Origin: Candidatus Dormiibacterota bacterium
Lineage (GTDB): Bacteria; Chloroflexota; Dormibacteria; CF-121
Length of the DNA stretch: 48,895 bases
Assembly: GCA_035602295.1 (NCBI GenBank)
Contig: DATNMN010000186.1
Coordinates: 1 to 48,895 of the forward strand
Direction of reading: 5' to 3'
Under the pieces are notes generated by a model that ran no database searches, was not told the DNA's origin, and saw nothing but the letters and a program-made list of their open reading frames with translations. How positions within the stretch are numbered: position 1 is the stretch's first letter; the number at the start of each line of letters is the position of its first letter. This document shows positions 18,601 through 26,643 of the stretch, piece after piece. Made by a program: the position numbers and the translations under genes.

Positions 18601-18819
18601 TCAGTTCGAGCAGGAGCAGCTGCCGCCGCACGCGCACCCACCCGGGGTCGATGCACTCGAGGCCTGGCTGCTGCCAACCACCGCAAAGGTGGAGAACATC
18701 GCCTTGGTGTTCGTGCTCTCGCACTCGGGGCAGACCTGGCGCTCGTCGCGACTGGCGAAGCCGCCGAAGACGTCAAAGGTATGCCGGCAGCTCAGGCAGG
18801 AAAACTCGTAGATCGGCAT
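18601..18819 (-). CDS. FmdB-family zinc-ribbon regulatory protein
   Basis: Canonical N-terminus MPIYEFSCLSCRHTF...CPECES and a Cys/Gly-rich tail GGCACGGSCSCSN. I chose the ATG at 18819 rather than the track start at 18852. Confidence 0.85.
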   Translation of the reverse strand: MPIYEFSCLSCRHTFDVFGGFASRDERQVCPECESTNTKAMFSTFAVVGSSQASSASTPGGCACGGSCSCSN

Positions 18820-18836
18820 GGCCATATTGTAAGGAT

Positions 18837-19466
18837 GTGCGGGCGGAAACACAGCGCTACGCGGAGCTTCTCCTCGAGTGGAACCACAGCATCAACCTCA
18901 CAGGCGCGCGGACCATGGAGGAAGTCCTCGTACAGGTCGAAACCGGCAATGCTCTGCTGTCGGTCTCCTGGGTCTGCATCGGACGGGTGATTGACATCGG
19001 CAGCGGCGGCGGCCTGCCGGCGGTGCCCCTGGCACTCGCCATGCCGCAGGTGCACTTCACCCTATTGGAGGCGAATAGCCGCAAGGTTGCCTTCCTCGAG
19101 CACATGGCGGCCACTCTGAAGCTGGCGAACGTGGCCGTAGCCGCCGGGCGGGCTGAGGAGTTAGGCCACCTTCCGGCGCTTCGGGAGCAATTCGATCGGG
19201 CGATCTCGCGAGCGGCCGCGCCACCGGCGGTCCTGCTGGAGCTTGCCCTTCCCTTCGTTAGACCTGGTGGAGACCTCGTTGCCCAAGTCAGCCCCGTCGA
19301 TCCACAGCTGCTCGAGCCTGCGGCACGGCTTCTCGGCGGCGGGCCGCCGTGGCTGGAGCACCCAGGAGACGGTGCCGGCACGCTCCTTCACGTGCCCAAG
19401 CTGGGCCATACGCCTGCCGGTTTTCCGCGTCGAATCGGAGTTCCCAACCGCAAGCCGCTCGCGTAA
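18837..19466 (+). CDS. rsmG: 16S rRNA (guanine527-N7)-methyltransferase
   Basis: YAELLLEWNHSINLTG, SAM motif VIDIGSGGGLPAVPLA, RKVAFL. GTG 18837 was chosen as the start. The track's longer 5' extension (from 18651) would overlap the FmdB gene. Confidence 0.85.
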   Translation: MRAETQRYAELLLEWNHSINLTGARTMEEVLVQVETGNALLSVSWVCIGRVIDIGSGGGLPAVPLALAMPQVHFTLLEANSRKVAFLEHMAATLKLANVAVAAGRAEELGHLPALREQFDRAISRAAAPPAVLLELALPFVRPGGDLVAQVSPVDPQLLEPAARLLGGGPPWLEHPGDGAGTLLHVPKLGHTPAGFPRRIGVPNRKPLA

Positions 19467-19490
19467 CTGCGCTACCAGCTGGGGCGTTCC

Positions 19491-20363
19491 ATGGGCATGA
19501 GGTCGGCTCTCCGCCTAATTCCCCTGATGGTCATCGGCGCCGTTGCGGCCTTCCTGCTGGCTGGGCCGCTCACGTCTTTCTATAAGACCCACGCCGTGGC
19601 GAGCCGGCCTCAACCATCACCTCAGAGCACCGTCGATCCCCACGCGTCCCCAACCACCTGTCCCGCGTCGCTGCCAATGCCAAAGGCGTCGGCTACGGCC
19701 GCGCCCGTGACACCGTCTCTCCCGTTCCCGATCTGGGTCAACGATCCGCTCGGCGTCAATCTGCGCTCCGCCGCGAGCGCCTCGAGCACGCGGTTGGCCA
19801 CGCTGACCCAGGGGACGCAGGCCAACGCCGACGGTCGAGCGCCGGACGCCTCGGGCAACACCTGGTATCACGTCACGCTGGGCAGCCAGGCCGGATGGGT
19901 GCGCTCCGACTTTGTCGCCACGACGGCGCTGCATGCCGCGAGCGGCTCTGGCTGGAGCCTGATGTTGCCGCAGGGCTACCAGGTCGCCGCCTCGTCCAAT
20001 GCCTCACTGACCACCGTCTCAAAGAGTGGCGATGACATGCCATTCCTCGTCTTGCAGACGACAACGTCAGACACCCTGACCGTGCAGCTGCCGGGGCTGC
20101 TCCGCGCCGACATTGCGCCGGTCGCCGACCACACCGCCACCATCCAGGTCTGGAGTGTCAACCCCGTCACCGAGCAGGTCTCGAGGGTGGCCCTCGATAC
20201 GTGCAAGGTCGCCTCGGCCTGGGCCCGCCCCGATCAGGGCTGGCCGTTCATGGCGGCCGCGTACGTCCACACCAAGGGACGCAACTATGAGTTCTCGTTC
20301 TTCACCGCCGACCCCAACTCGACACTCGTCAAGCAAGTCCTGGATAGCGTCGCCTTAAGCTGA
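19491..20363 (+). CDS. Membrane-anchored or secreted protein with a bacterial SH3 domain
   Basis: N-terminal hydrophobic helix and a Pro-rich linker. The SH3b-like segment reads VNLRSAASASSTRLATLTQGTQ...WYHVTLGSQAGWVRSDFV. The C-terminal domain was not recognised. Confidence 0.6.
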   Translation: MGMRSALRLIPLMVIGAVAAFLLAGPLTSFYKTHAVASRPQPSPQSTVDPHASPTTCPASLPMPKASATAAPVTPSLPFPIWVNDPLGVNLRSAASASSTRLATLTQGTQANADGRAPDASGNTWYHVTLGSQAGWVRSDFVATTALHAASGSGWSLMLPQGYQVAASSNASLTTVSKSGDDMPFLVLQTTTSDTLTVQLPGLLRADIAPVADHTATIQVWSVNPVTEQVSRVALDTCKVASAWARPDQGWPFMAAAYVHTKGRNYEFSFFTADPNSTLVKQVLDSVALS

Positions 20364-20367
20364 TCGG

Positions 20368-21123
20368 GTGAGCGGCAGCGGCGGACGATGGGAGAAGGCC
20401 GCCGAGGCCTATGCCACCGGCGAGCACAAGGCGGGCCGTGAGCTCGAGCTGGTCGTTGAGTACGCGGCACCGACCCGCAAAGAGCGAGTGCTCGATATCG
20501 GCACCGGGGCCGGGCACACGGCCCTCGCGCTCGCACCCCACGTCGCCGACATCGTTCTCACCGACCCGGTCGACGCCATGCTGGCCACGGCCCGTCGCCT
20601 ATTCCAGACCGCTGGCCTGTGGAACGCGCAGTTCGTTCGGGCGGGTGCGGAGCAACTCCCCTTTCCCAGGGCGAGCTTCGACATCGTCACCACGCGGCTC
20701 GCGGCTCATCATTTCGACGACGTTGCCCTCGCGATGCGCGAGGTGGCACGCGTCCTCCGGCCCGGCGGGGTCTTCATCTTTATCGATACGACCGCCCCAG
20801 AGGACCCGGAGAGCGCCGCCTACCAGGACGAGGTCGAGTTACTGCGCGACCCGACCCATCGCCACATCTACACCGAGCGAGAGTGGGCCGCGTTTTGCGA
20901 ACAGGCCGGCCTGCACGTGGAGAAGCAGGAGGTGGTCCGCAAGGCCCACGACTTCGAGCCCTGGCTCGAGCGTGGCGGTGAGGATGCGGCGACGCAGCAA
21001 CGGGTCCGCGGCCGCTTTCTTGATGCTCCGGCGTCCGCGGTACGCGACCTCGCGATCGTGACTGCCAACGGAGAGGTGAAGTCGTTTACCGACCGCAAAT
21101 TGGTGCTCGCCGCGCGGCGCTGA
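20368..21123 (+). CDS. Class I SAM-dependent methyltransferase (Methyltransf_11 type)
   Basis: Motif I VLDIGTGAGHTA and the post-I/II/III pattern (FDIVTTRLAAHHF, LRPGGVFIFID). Confidence 0.85.
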   Translation: MSGSGGRWEKAAEAYATGEHKAGRELELVVEYAAPTRKERVLDIGTGAGHTALALAPHVADIVLTDPVDAMLATARRLFQTAGLWNAQFVRAGAEQLPFPRASFDIVTTRLAAHHFDDVALAMREVARVLRPGGVFIFIDTTAPEDPESAAYQDEVELLRDPTHRHIYTEREWAAFCEQAGLHVEKQEVVRKAHDFEPWLERGGEDAATQQRVRGRFLDAPASAVRDLAIVTANGEVKSFTDRKLVLAARR

Positions 21124-21213
21124 ATTGGTTCGACCCTCCCCTTGACAATGAGCAGGAGCCGCATAGGATGCGAATCAGGCTTCGGATCGCTCGTTTAAAG
21201 GGAGGAGACTGCG

Positions 21214-21621
21214 ATGGCTAAGCCGACCCAAGAGGACGCGAAGATCATTCTCGAGCTCGCCAAGATGGCAATGAAGCCGTAACTGGCAGACGCCTTTACC
21301 TGGCTCTTCGCCGAACCGCCACCGGCCGATTATGACCGCTTCAAGGAGAAGTATCCGCCAGGAACCCAGGAGCAGCGCTGGGCGGACCAGATTTGCGGTT
21401 TTTTCGAAACCGTGGGCGCGCTCTGGAAGCACGGGCTTATCAGCGAAGAGCTCCTCTTCGACTGGATCTGGGTTGGCGGACCCTGGGAGCGGATCAGGGG
21501 ATACGCGCTGGGATTGCGCGAGAAATTCGACAACCCGAGGCTCTATGAGCTCTTCGAGGCGCTCGCCGCAGCAGAGGCTCGTGCCGAGGCAAAGGTGCCG
21601 GCGGGCGCGAGTCAGCGCTAG
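21214..21621 (+). pseudogene. Hypothetical-protein gene interrupted by an in-frame TAA (21280-21282)
   Basis: Strong SD GGGAGGAG at 21200-21207, then ATG 21214 and 22 codons ending in TAA. The same frame then runs 113 more coding-looking codons (DYDRFKEKYPPGTQEQRWADQICGFFETVGALWKHGLISEELLFDWIWVGGPWERI...). No ATG/GTG/TTG occurs until 21412. Confidence 0.55.
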
Positions 21622-21801
21622 ATTCGGCCCTCTCTCAGCGAGCCGACCGCTTTCGCGACGGGTCGCTCACGGGTTTCCGGTGCCTTTGCGGCATCGATCG
21701 AGATCACGATCCGCTGCTTGTTGCTAGGCGACGACCGCTGCCGGCACCTCGATGCCGGTAGCGGTCTTGCCTGCGAGTTCGATGGCGGCGCGGAACGTCA
21801 C
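21618..21801 (-). pseudogene. Remnant of a DUF1905 + OmdA (YdeI-like) gene with an internal deletion and frame change
   Basis: GTG at 21801 overlaps the VOC stop (GTGA). The N-terminal frame reads VTFRAAIELAGKTATGIEVPAAVVA then TAG (21724-21726). A second frame reads SNKQRIVISIDAAKAPETRERPVAKAVGSLREGRI-stop (stop at 21618-21620). These look like the first ~25 and last ~35 residues of a ~150-aa family. Confidence 0.5.
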
Positions 21802-22244
21802 CGCTTGGCCGTGCTAGCACTCGCCGCTGTCGTCGGGACCTGAAGCGGCTGTGAAAAGCGGATGTGGTTGCCGAACGGATCACGCAAGCCGCAGTCGATG
21901 CCGTAGGGGCGCTCCGTTGGCTCCTCGGTGAATTCCACGCCTTTCGCCCGAAGCTCCTTGTAGGTCTTCCAGCAGTCGGCGGTCGTGAAGAACAGGTGCC
22001 CGCCAGTACCGCCTTTCGTCAGCAGCTCGCGGGCCTGCTCAGCGGTCTTTTCGTCGAGCCCCGGCGCGCCCGGTCTTTCCAGCAGGATCTGGCGGGTGTC
22101 GCCCGGCACGTTCACCGTCAGCCAGCGCATGAACCCAAGGTCCTGATCGGTATTGACCTCGAGTCCGAGTTTGCCGACATAGAAGTCGAGCGCTTTGTCC
22201 TGGTCAAGCACGTAGATCGATGAGATCAGAAGAGCGGTGAACAT
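21798..22244 (-). CDS. VOC (glyoxalase/bleomycin-resistance/dioxygenase) family protein
   Basis: IYVLDQDKALDFYVGKLGLEV ... ADCWKTYKELRAKGVEF..EPTERPYGIDCGLRDPFGNHIRF. Confidence 0.85.
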   Translation of the reverse strand: MFTALLISSIYVLDQDKALDFYVGKLGLEVNTDQDLGFMRWLTVNVPGDTRQILLERPGAPGLDEKTAEQARELLTKGGTGGHLFFTTADCWKTYKELRAKGVEFTEEPTERPYGIDCGLRDPFGNHIRFSQPLQVPTTAASASTAKR

Positions 22245-22286
22245 TTGTAGACCTCCGTGAAGGTGGGATTGATGTCGTGTCCCACG

Positions 22287-22709
22287 CTAGACGATGTCTC
22301 GCGCCCGGTCTTCTCCAAAACTGCTCGGTCGTGTCCAGGCCATCGCGAAACAGTTCGGCACGGCTTTGATGGGTCCGCGCGCTCGGTAGGCAGTCGGTGC
22401 CTCGCCGAGGATCTCCTGAAAGCTGCGGCTGAACGTTCCCAGACTGTTGAAGCCAACGTCGAGGCAGACATCCGTCACGCTGCGATCGGTGGCACGCAAC
22501 AGGAACATGGCCCGCTCGACCCGCCGGCGCTGCAGGTAACGGTGCGGAGTCTCGCCAAACGTGGCCCGAAAGGTTCGGATGAAGTGCGCCGCCGATACAT
22601 TCGCGATGTGTGCGAGGGTGGCAATGTCGAGGGGCTCCGCGTAGGCGCGGTCCATCGCATCCCGCGCGCGCAGCATCCGGCGGTTGGTCTCCTCCGCGGC
22701 GCGGCTCAC
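22287..22709 (-). CDS. AraC/XylS-family transcriptional regulator (HTH-only, 140 aa)
   Basis: Two HTH units: LDIATLAHIANVSAAHFIRTFRATFGETPHRYLQRRRVERA and SVTDVCLDVGFNSLGTFSRSFQEILGEAP. Confidence 0.85.
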   Translation of the reverse strand: MSRAAEETNRRMLRARDAMDRAYAEPLDIATLAHIANVSAAHFIRTFRATFGETPHRYLQRRRVERAMFLLRATDRSVTDVCLDVGFNSLGTFSRSFQEILGEAPTAYRARGPIKAVPNCFAMAWTRPSSFGEDRARDIV

Positions 22710-24202
22710 GCTGGCAGCCCCCTGATAGCGGCCTCAGCGGCGGCTCGTTCGTCCCACGGCTCCTTACCCCGACCGATGAGGATGCTGCGCTCGTGCCCCT
22801 TCCCCGCCAGCAGAATGGTGTCGCCCGGACTGGCCTTGCGAACCGCGTGAGCGATCCCCTGGCGCCGATCCTCGATCCGGGCGTACTGCTCGCCTTCCGT
22901 CCATCCCACCTCCTCGGCCCCGGCGGCGATCTCGCTGAGGATGGCCATCGCATCCTCTTCGCGCGGATCCTCGTTGGTGAAGACGGCGTAATCGCTCAGC
23001 CGGGCTGCAATCTCCCCCATCCAGGGCCGCTTCTCACGATCGCGATCACCGGCGCTGCCGAAGACCGCGATCAGCTTGCCCCGGGTGATCGGCCGCAGCT
23101 CGCGCAGCACCTTCTCCAGGCTCTGCGGCGTGTGGGCGTAATCGATGATGACGGCGAACGGCTGACCGAGGTCGACACGCTCCATGCGGCCGCTGACCCC
23201 CTCGTAGCTTTCGAGGCCTTGACGAATCTCATCGAGCGTCAGCCCGACGGCGACTCCCGCAGCCGCGGCGGCCAGCGCGTTGGCGGCGTTCCAGCGGCCG
23301 CTCAACTTCAACCGCAAGGCCAGCGGCCCGAGCGGCGTCGATGCCTCCACCCGCAGACCCTCGGGCGTGACCTCGACCCGATCGGCCTTGAGATCCGCGT
23401 CGAGCTGAATGCCATAGGTGATGCGCCGCGCAATCGGCCGGTTGACCAGGTAGGCGTAGCTCGGGTCGTCGCGGTTGAGCACCGCCGTCTTCTCCATGCC
23501 CTTGCCGGCGCTGGCGGCGGTCAAATCGATCAGCTGCGCTTTGGCCTCGCGGTAGGCCTCGATCGTTTTGTGGAAATCGAGGTGGTCATGCGCGATGTTG
23601 GTGAAAACGGCGACCTCGTAGTCCACGCCCACCACCCGCTGCAGAGCGAGGCCGTGCGAGCTGGTCTCGATGACCACATACTTCAGCCCGCCATCGCGCA
23701 TACGCGCCAGCTGCTCCTGGACCTCGAGCGCCTCGAGCGTGGTCTGGCGCGAGTCGTTCGGATCGACGGCGTCGCCGAAGCGGATGTCTACCGTGCTCAT
23801 CGAGCCGGCGCGCCGTCCGGCGCTCAGGAGCAGCTGGTGGATCATCGTCGTGGTGGTCGTCTTGCCATCGGTGCCGGTTACGCCGATCACGACCATGTCC
23901 CGGCTCGGATGGCCAAAGAAGGTGCTCGACATCAGGGCCAGGGCCCGGCGCGTGTCCGGCACGACGACCTGCGGCCAGGCGGTGCCCACCCGGCGCTGAA
24001 CCACCGCGGCAACGGCGCCGTCTCGCAACGCTGTCTCGACGTAGCGATGCCCATCGGTGTGGGTGCCCGGGATGGCAACGAAGCAGTCTCCCGCTTTGAG
24101 GCGGCGCGAGTCATAGCAAAGGCCGGTCACCTCGGGGTCCGTTGGCGGCGCTTCGAGCACGTCGACGCCCTCGAGGAGACGGCTCAGTTTGATGGCAGTC
24201 AC
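22706..24202 (-). CDS. murE: UDP-N-acetylmuramoyl-L-alanyl-D-glutamate--2,6-diaminopimelate ligase-type Mur ligase
   Basis: DSRRLKAGDCFVAIPGTHTDGHRYV, P-loop GVTGTDGKTTTT, DYAHTP, and a third-residue specificity segment TNEDPREE. It overlaps the AraC gene start by 4 nt. Confidence 0.9.
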   Translation of the reverse strand: MTAIKLSRLLEGVDVLEAPPTDPEVTGLCYDSRRLKAGDCFVAIPGTHTDGHRYVETALRDGAVAAVVQRRVGTAWPQVVVPDTRRALALMSSTFFGHPSRDMVVIGVTGTDGKTTTTTMIHQLLLSAGRRAGSMSTVDIRFGDAVDPNDSRQTTLEALEVQEQLARMRDGGLKYVVIETSSHGLALQRVVGVDYEVAVFTNIAHDHLDFHKTIEAYREAKAQLIDLTAASAGKGMEKTAVLNRDDPSYAYLVNRPIARRITYGIQLDADLKADRVEVTPEGLRVEASTPLGPLALRLKLSGRWNAANALAAAAAGVAVGLTLDEIRQGLESYEGVSGRMERVDLGQPFAVIIDYAHTPQSLEKVLRELRPITRGKLIAVFGSAGDRDREKRPWMGEIAARLSDYAVFTNEDPREEDAMAILSEIAAGAEEVGWTEGEQYARIEDRRQGIAHAVRKASPGDTILLAGKGHERSILIGRGKEPWDERAAAEAAIRGLPA

Positions 24203-24231
24203 CGAAACGACATGATGCTACGCTCAGGCCG

Positions 24232-25065
24232 ATGGCGGCCACGATGCGGGTCACACGCATCGGCGACCACGAATTCCACTGGGGTTCCCGCACCTACGTG
24301 ATGGGGATCGTCAACGTCACGCCAGATTCGTTCTCCGGTGACGGCGTGACCGACCTCGAAACGGCGGTCGCCCAGGCCCAGCAGATGGAGCGGGACGGCG
24401 CCGACCTGATCGATATCGGCGGTGAGTCCACCCGCCCAGAGACCTGGGCGGGACCGGGGCTCAGCCTCGAGGACGAGCTGGCGCGGGTGATCCCCGTGGT
24501 GACGCGGGTGGCGGCCACGGTCGCCGTGCCCGTCTCGATCGACACTTACAAAGCCGAGGTCGCTAAGCGAGCCATCGCGGCCGGCGCTGCGCTGGTCAAC
24601 GATGTCTGGGGGCTTCATCGTGATCCGCAGATGGCGGCGACGGTGGCGTCGGCCGGCGTACCGGTCGTGCTGATGCACAATAAACCGGGCGGTGGGTATC
24701 ACGACCTGATAAGGGAAATTTCAGAAAGCCTGCGCCAGAGCGTCGAGTTGGCACGGGCCGGGGGCATCGCGGACGATCGCATCATCGTGGACCCCGGCAT
24801 TGGTTTCGGGAAGACGCGCGAGGAGAACCTCGAGATCATCCGGCGCATGCCCGAGCTGGGCCGGCTCGGGTTTCCGATACTGATCGGCCCTTCCCGAAAG
24901 TCGTTCATCGGCAAGACCCTCGACCTCCCGGCCGGTGAGCGGCTCGAGGGCACAGCCGCTGCCGTCGCGCTCAGCATCGCGGGCGGCGCCGACATCGTTC
25001 GGGTCCATGACGTCAAGGCAATGGTTCGGGTGGCAAAAATGGCCGACGCTATCCGGCAGGCGTGA
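24232..25065 (+). CDS. folP: Dihydropteroate synthase
   Basis: GIVNVTPDSFSGDG, DIGGESTRP, VSIDT, NDVWG, DPGIGFGKT, SRKSFIG. Confidence 0.92.
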   Translation: MAATMRVTRIGDHEFHWGSRTYVMGIVNVTPDSFSGDGVTDLETAVAQAQQMERDGADLIDIGGESTRPETWAGPGLSLEDELARVIPVVTRVAATVAVPVSIDTYKAEVAKRAIAAGAALVNDVWGLHRDPQMAATVASAGVPVVLMHNKPGGGYHDLIREISESLRQSVELARAGGIADDRIIVDPGIGFGKTREENLEIIRRMPELGRLGFPILIGPSRKSFIGKTLDLPAGERLEGTAAAVALSIAGGADIVRVHDVKAMVRVAKMADAIRQA

Positions 25066-25463
25066 CCAGGGTGTGGCTCGCCTTGGGCAGCAACCTCGGT
25101 GACCGCACCGGATATCTCCAGGCCGCACGTGCGGCACTACCGGAAGCGAGCATTGCCGTAGTCCGCGCCTCGCGGGTGGCAGAGACAGAGCCGGTCGGCA
25201 TTCGTGACCAGCCGCAGTTCCTGAACCAGGTCCTCGAAGTCGAGACCTCGCTCGAACCGCGACCGTTGCTGGACGCTCTCAAACGGATCGAGCACGAGCT
25301 CGGCCGCACAGCGCGCGAACGTTGGGGCCCACGGGAGATCGACATCGACATCCTTCGCTACAGCGGCCGCATCGTCAACGAGCCTGGCCTGCACATCCCT
25401 CATGCCGAACTTCAGAACCGCCCCTTCTTGCTCGACCTTCTCGAGGAGATCGACGCCCGATGA
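25062..25463 (+). CDS. folK: 2-amino-4-hydroxy-6-hydroxymethyldihydropteridine diphosphokinase
   Basis: VWLALGSNLGDR, QPQFLNQV, RWGPREIDIDIL, PHAELQNRPFLL. The GTGA overlaps the folP stop. Confidence 0.9.
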   Translation: MTRVWLALGSNLGDRTGYLQAARAALPEASIAVVRASRVAETEPVGIRDQPQFLNQVLEVETSLEPRPLLDALKRIEHELGRTARERWGPREIDIDILRYSGRIVNEPGLHIPHAELQNRPFLLDLLEEIDAR

Positions 25464-26596
25464 ACGAGCCACTGCGGGTTGCATGGCTGGGTCACCAGAG
25501 CGGCCGCGCCGGCGACGGCCTGTTGACCTATTCGCGTGAAATCGTCGCCGGGCTTCGGGCGCGCGGCGTGAAGGTCTTCTTCGTGCACCACGGGGCCCTG
25601 CCCGCTATCACCGATGACACGCTAACATTGCGGTCGCTGACGGGCAGTCATCGGTACATCATCTCGTCGCCCAGGACGAAGCGCACCATCACTGACCTGC
25701 TCCGCCGCGAGCGCGTCGACCTGGTGCACGTCTCACTCAGCTTCTCGACCCTGATCGACTTTGGGCTCCCTGAACTCTGCCACGAGCTGGGCCTGCCGGT
25801 GGTCGCCACCTTCCATGTCCCTTACGACTCTCGCTTCGGATTCTGGCAGGGCATTAGCACCGCGGTCTATCGGCTGTATGCCCAGTCATTGGCCAGCTTT
25901 GACCGGGTCGTCATCTTTTCAGAGCAGCAGAAGACCCTGCTCGAGCACTACGGGGTGCCGCCGGAGAACGTGGCCGTGATACCGAACGGCGTCGACATCG
26001 ACAAGTACGCGCCCGGAGCGTCCGATTTCAAACAGAGCCTGGAGGCGAGCGCGCTCGTCGGCTACCTGGGCCGCGTCGACCCCGAGAAGAACGTCGATAT
26101 TCTTGTGCGCGCCTTCCAGGATGTCGATGCCCCGGAGGACGTTAAGCTGGTGGTCGTCGGCAGCGGCAGCGAGAAGCGCCGCCTCGATCGACGCTACGGG
26201 AACGCGCGCGTCGTCTTTACCGGGCAGGTGATGGATGAAGACAAGCGGATCGCGATGCTGCGCGCGATGGATATCTTTGTACTCCCCTCCATGGTCGAAG
26301 GGCTCTCCCTGTCATTGCTCGAAGCGATGGCCTGCGGCGTCGCGCCGGTGGCCACCGACGTCGGCTCGGACGGTGAAGCGCTGCGTGGCGCGGGCATCGT
26401 GGTCGACACCAAGGATCTCGACGGGCAGCTGCGCCTCGCGCTGCGCACGCTAATCGAATTTCCCGACTTCCGCGCCGAACTCGGCCGGCGGGCGCGGGCC
26501 CGCGCCGTGGAGCGCTACAGCCTGTCGGACAACCTCGATCGACTACTGGCCGTCTACCGGGAACTTCGACCCGCCGCCGGCGCCGCGGCGTCATGA
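25460..26596 (+). CDS. GT4-family glycosyltransferase
   Basis: ATG 25460 overlaps the folK stop (ATGA). GT-B fold with the E-x7-E region PSMVEGLSLSLLEAMACGVAPVATDVG. The track's longer ORF (from 25322) would overlap folK. Confidence 0.85.
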   Translation: MNEPLRVAWLGHQSGRAGDGLLTYSREIVAGLRARGVKVFFVHHGALPAITDDTLTLRSLTGSHRYIISSPRTKRTITDLLRRERVDLVHVSLSFSTLIDFGLPELCHELGLPVVATFHVPYDSRFGFWQGISTAVYRLYAQSLASFDRVVIFSEQQKTLLEHYGVPPENVAVIPNGVDIDKYAPGASDFKQSLEASALVGYLGRVDPEKNVDILVRAFQDVDAPEDVKLVVVGSGSEKRRLDRRYGNARVVFTGQVMDEDKRIAMLRAMDIFVLPSMVEGLSLSLLEAMACGVAPVATDVGSDGEALRGAGIVVDTKDLDGQLRLALRTLIEFPDFRAELGRRARARAVERYSLSDNLDRLLAVYRELRPAAGAAAS

Positions 26597-26643
26597 GCAG
26601 CCGATGGGCAACGGTCGTCTAGGTCAGGCGGCCATCCCAGCCT

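Noticed and set aside
18651-18836. 5' extension of the rsmG ORF
   Set aside because: It would run antisense through the FmdB gene. The conserved RsmG sequence begins just after GTG 18837.
17590-18990. 466-aa plus-strand ORF
   Set aside because: It is antisense to the membrane-protein and FmdB genes. The translation is extremely Arg/Asp/Gly-rich and low in complexity, with no domain. Shadow frame.
21175-21432. 85-aa minus-strand ORF in the lower-GC patch
   Set aside because: The plus-strand frame has a strong SD, an ATG and protein-like sequence over the same bases. The minus-strand ORF has no start context or motif.
22610-24301. 563-aa plus-strand ORF covering the whole murE locus
   Set aside because: It is antisense to a gene with unmistakable Mur-ligase motifs. 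The translation is Arg/Gly/Pro/Ala-rich with no recognisable motif. This is a typical shadow ORF of high-GC DNA.
25322-25459. 5' extension of the GT4 ORF
   Set aside because: It lies inside folK in a different frame. The ATG at 25460 forms a classic ATGA overlap with the folK stop.
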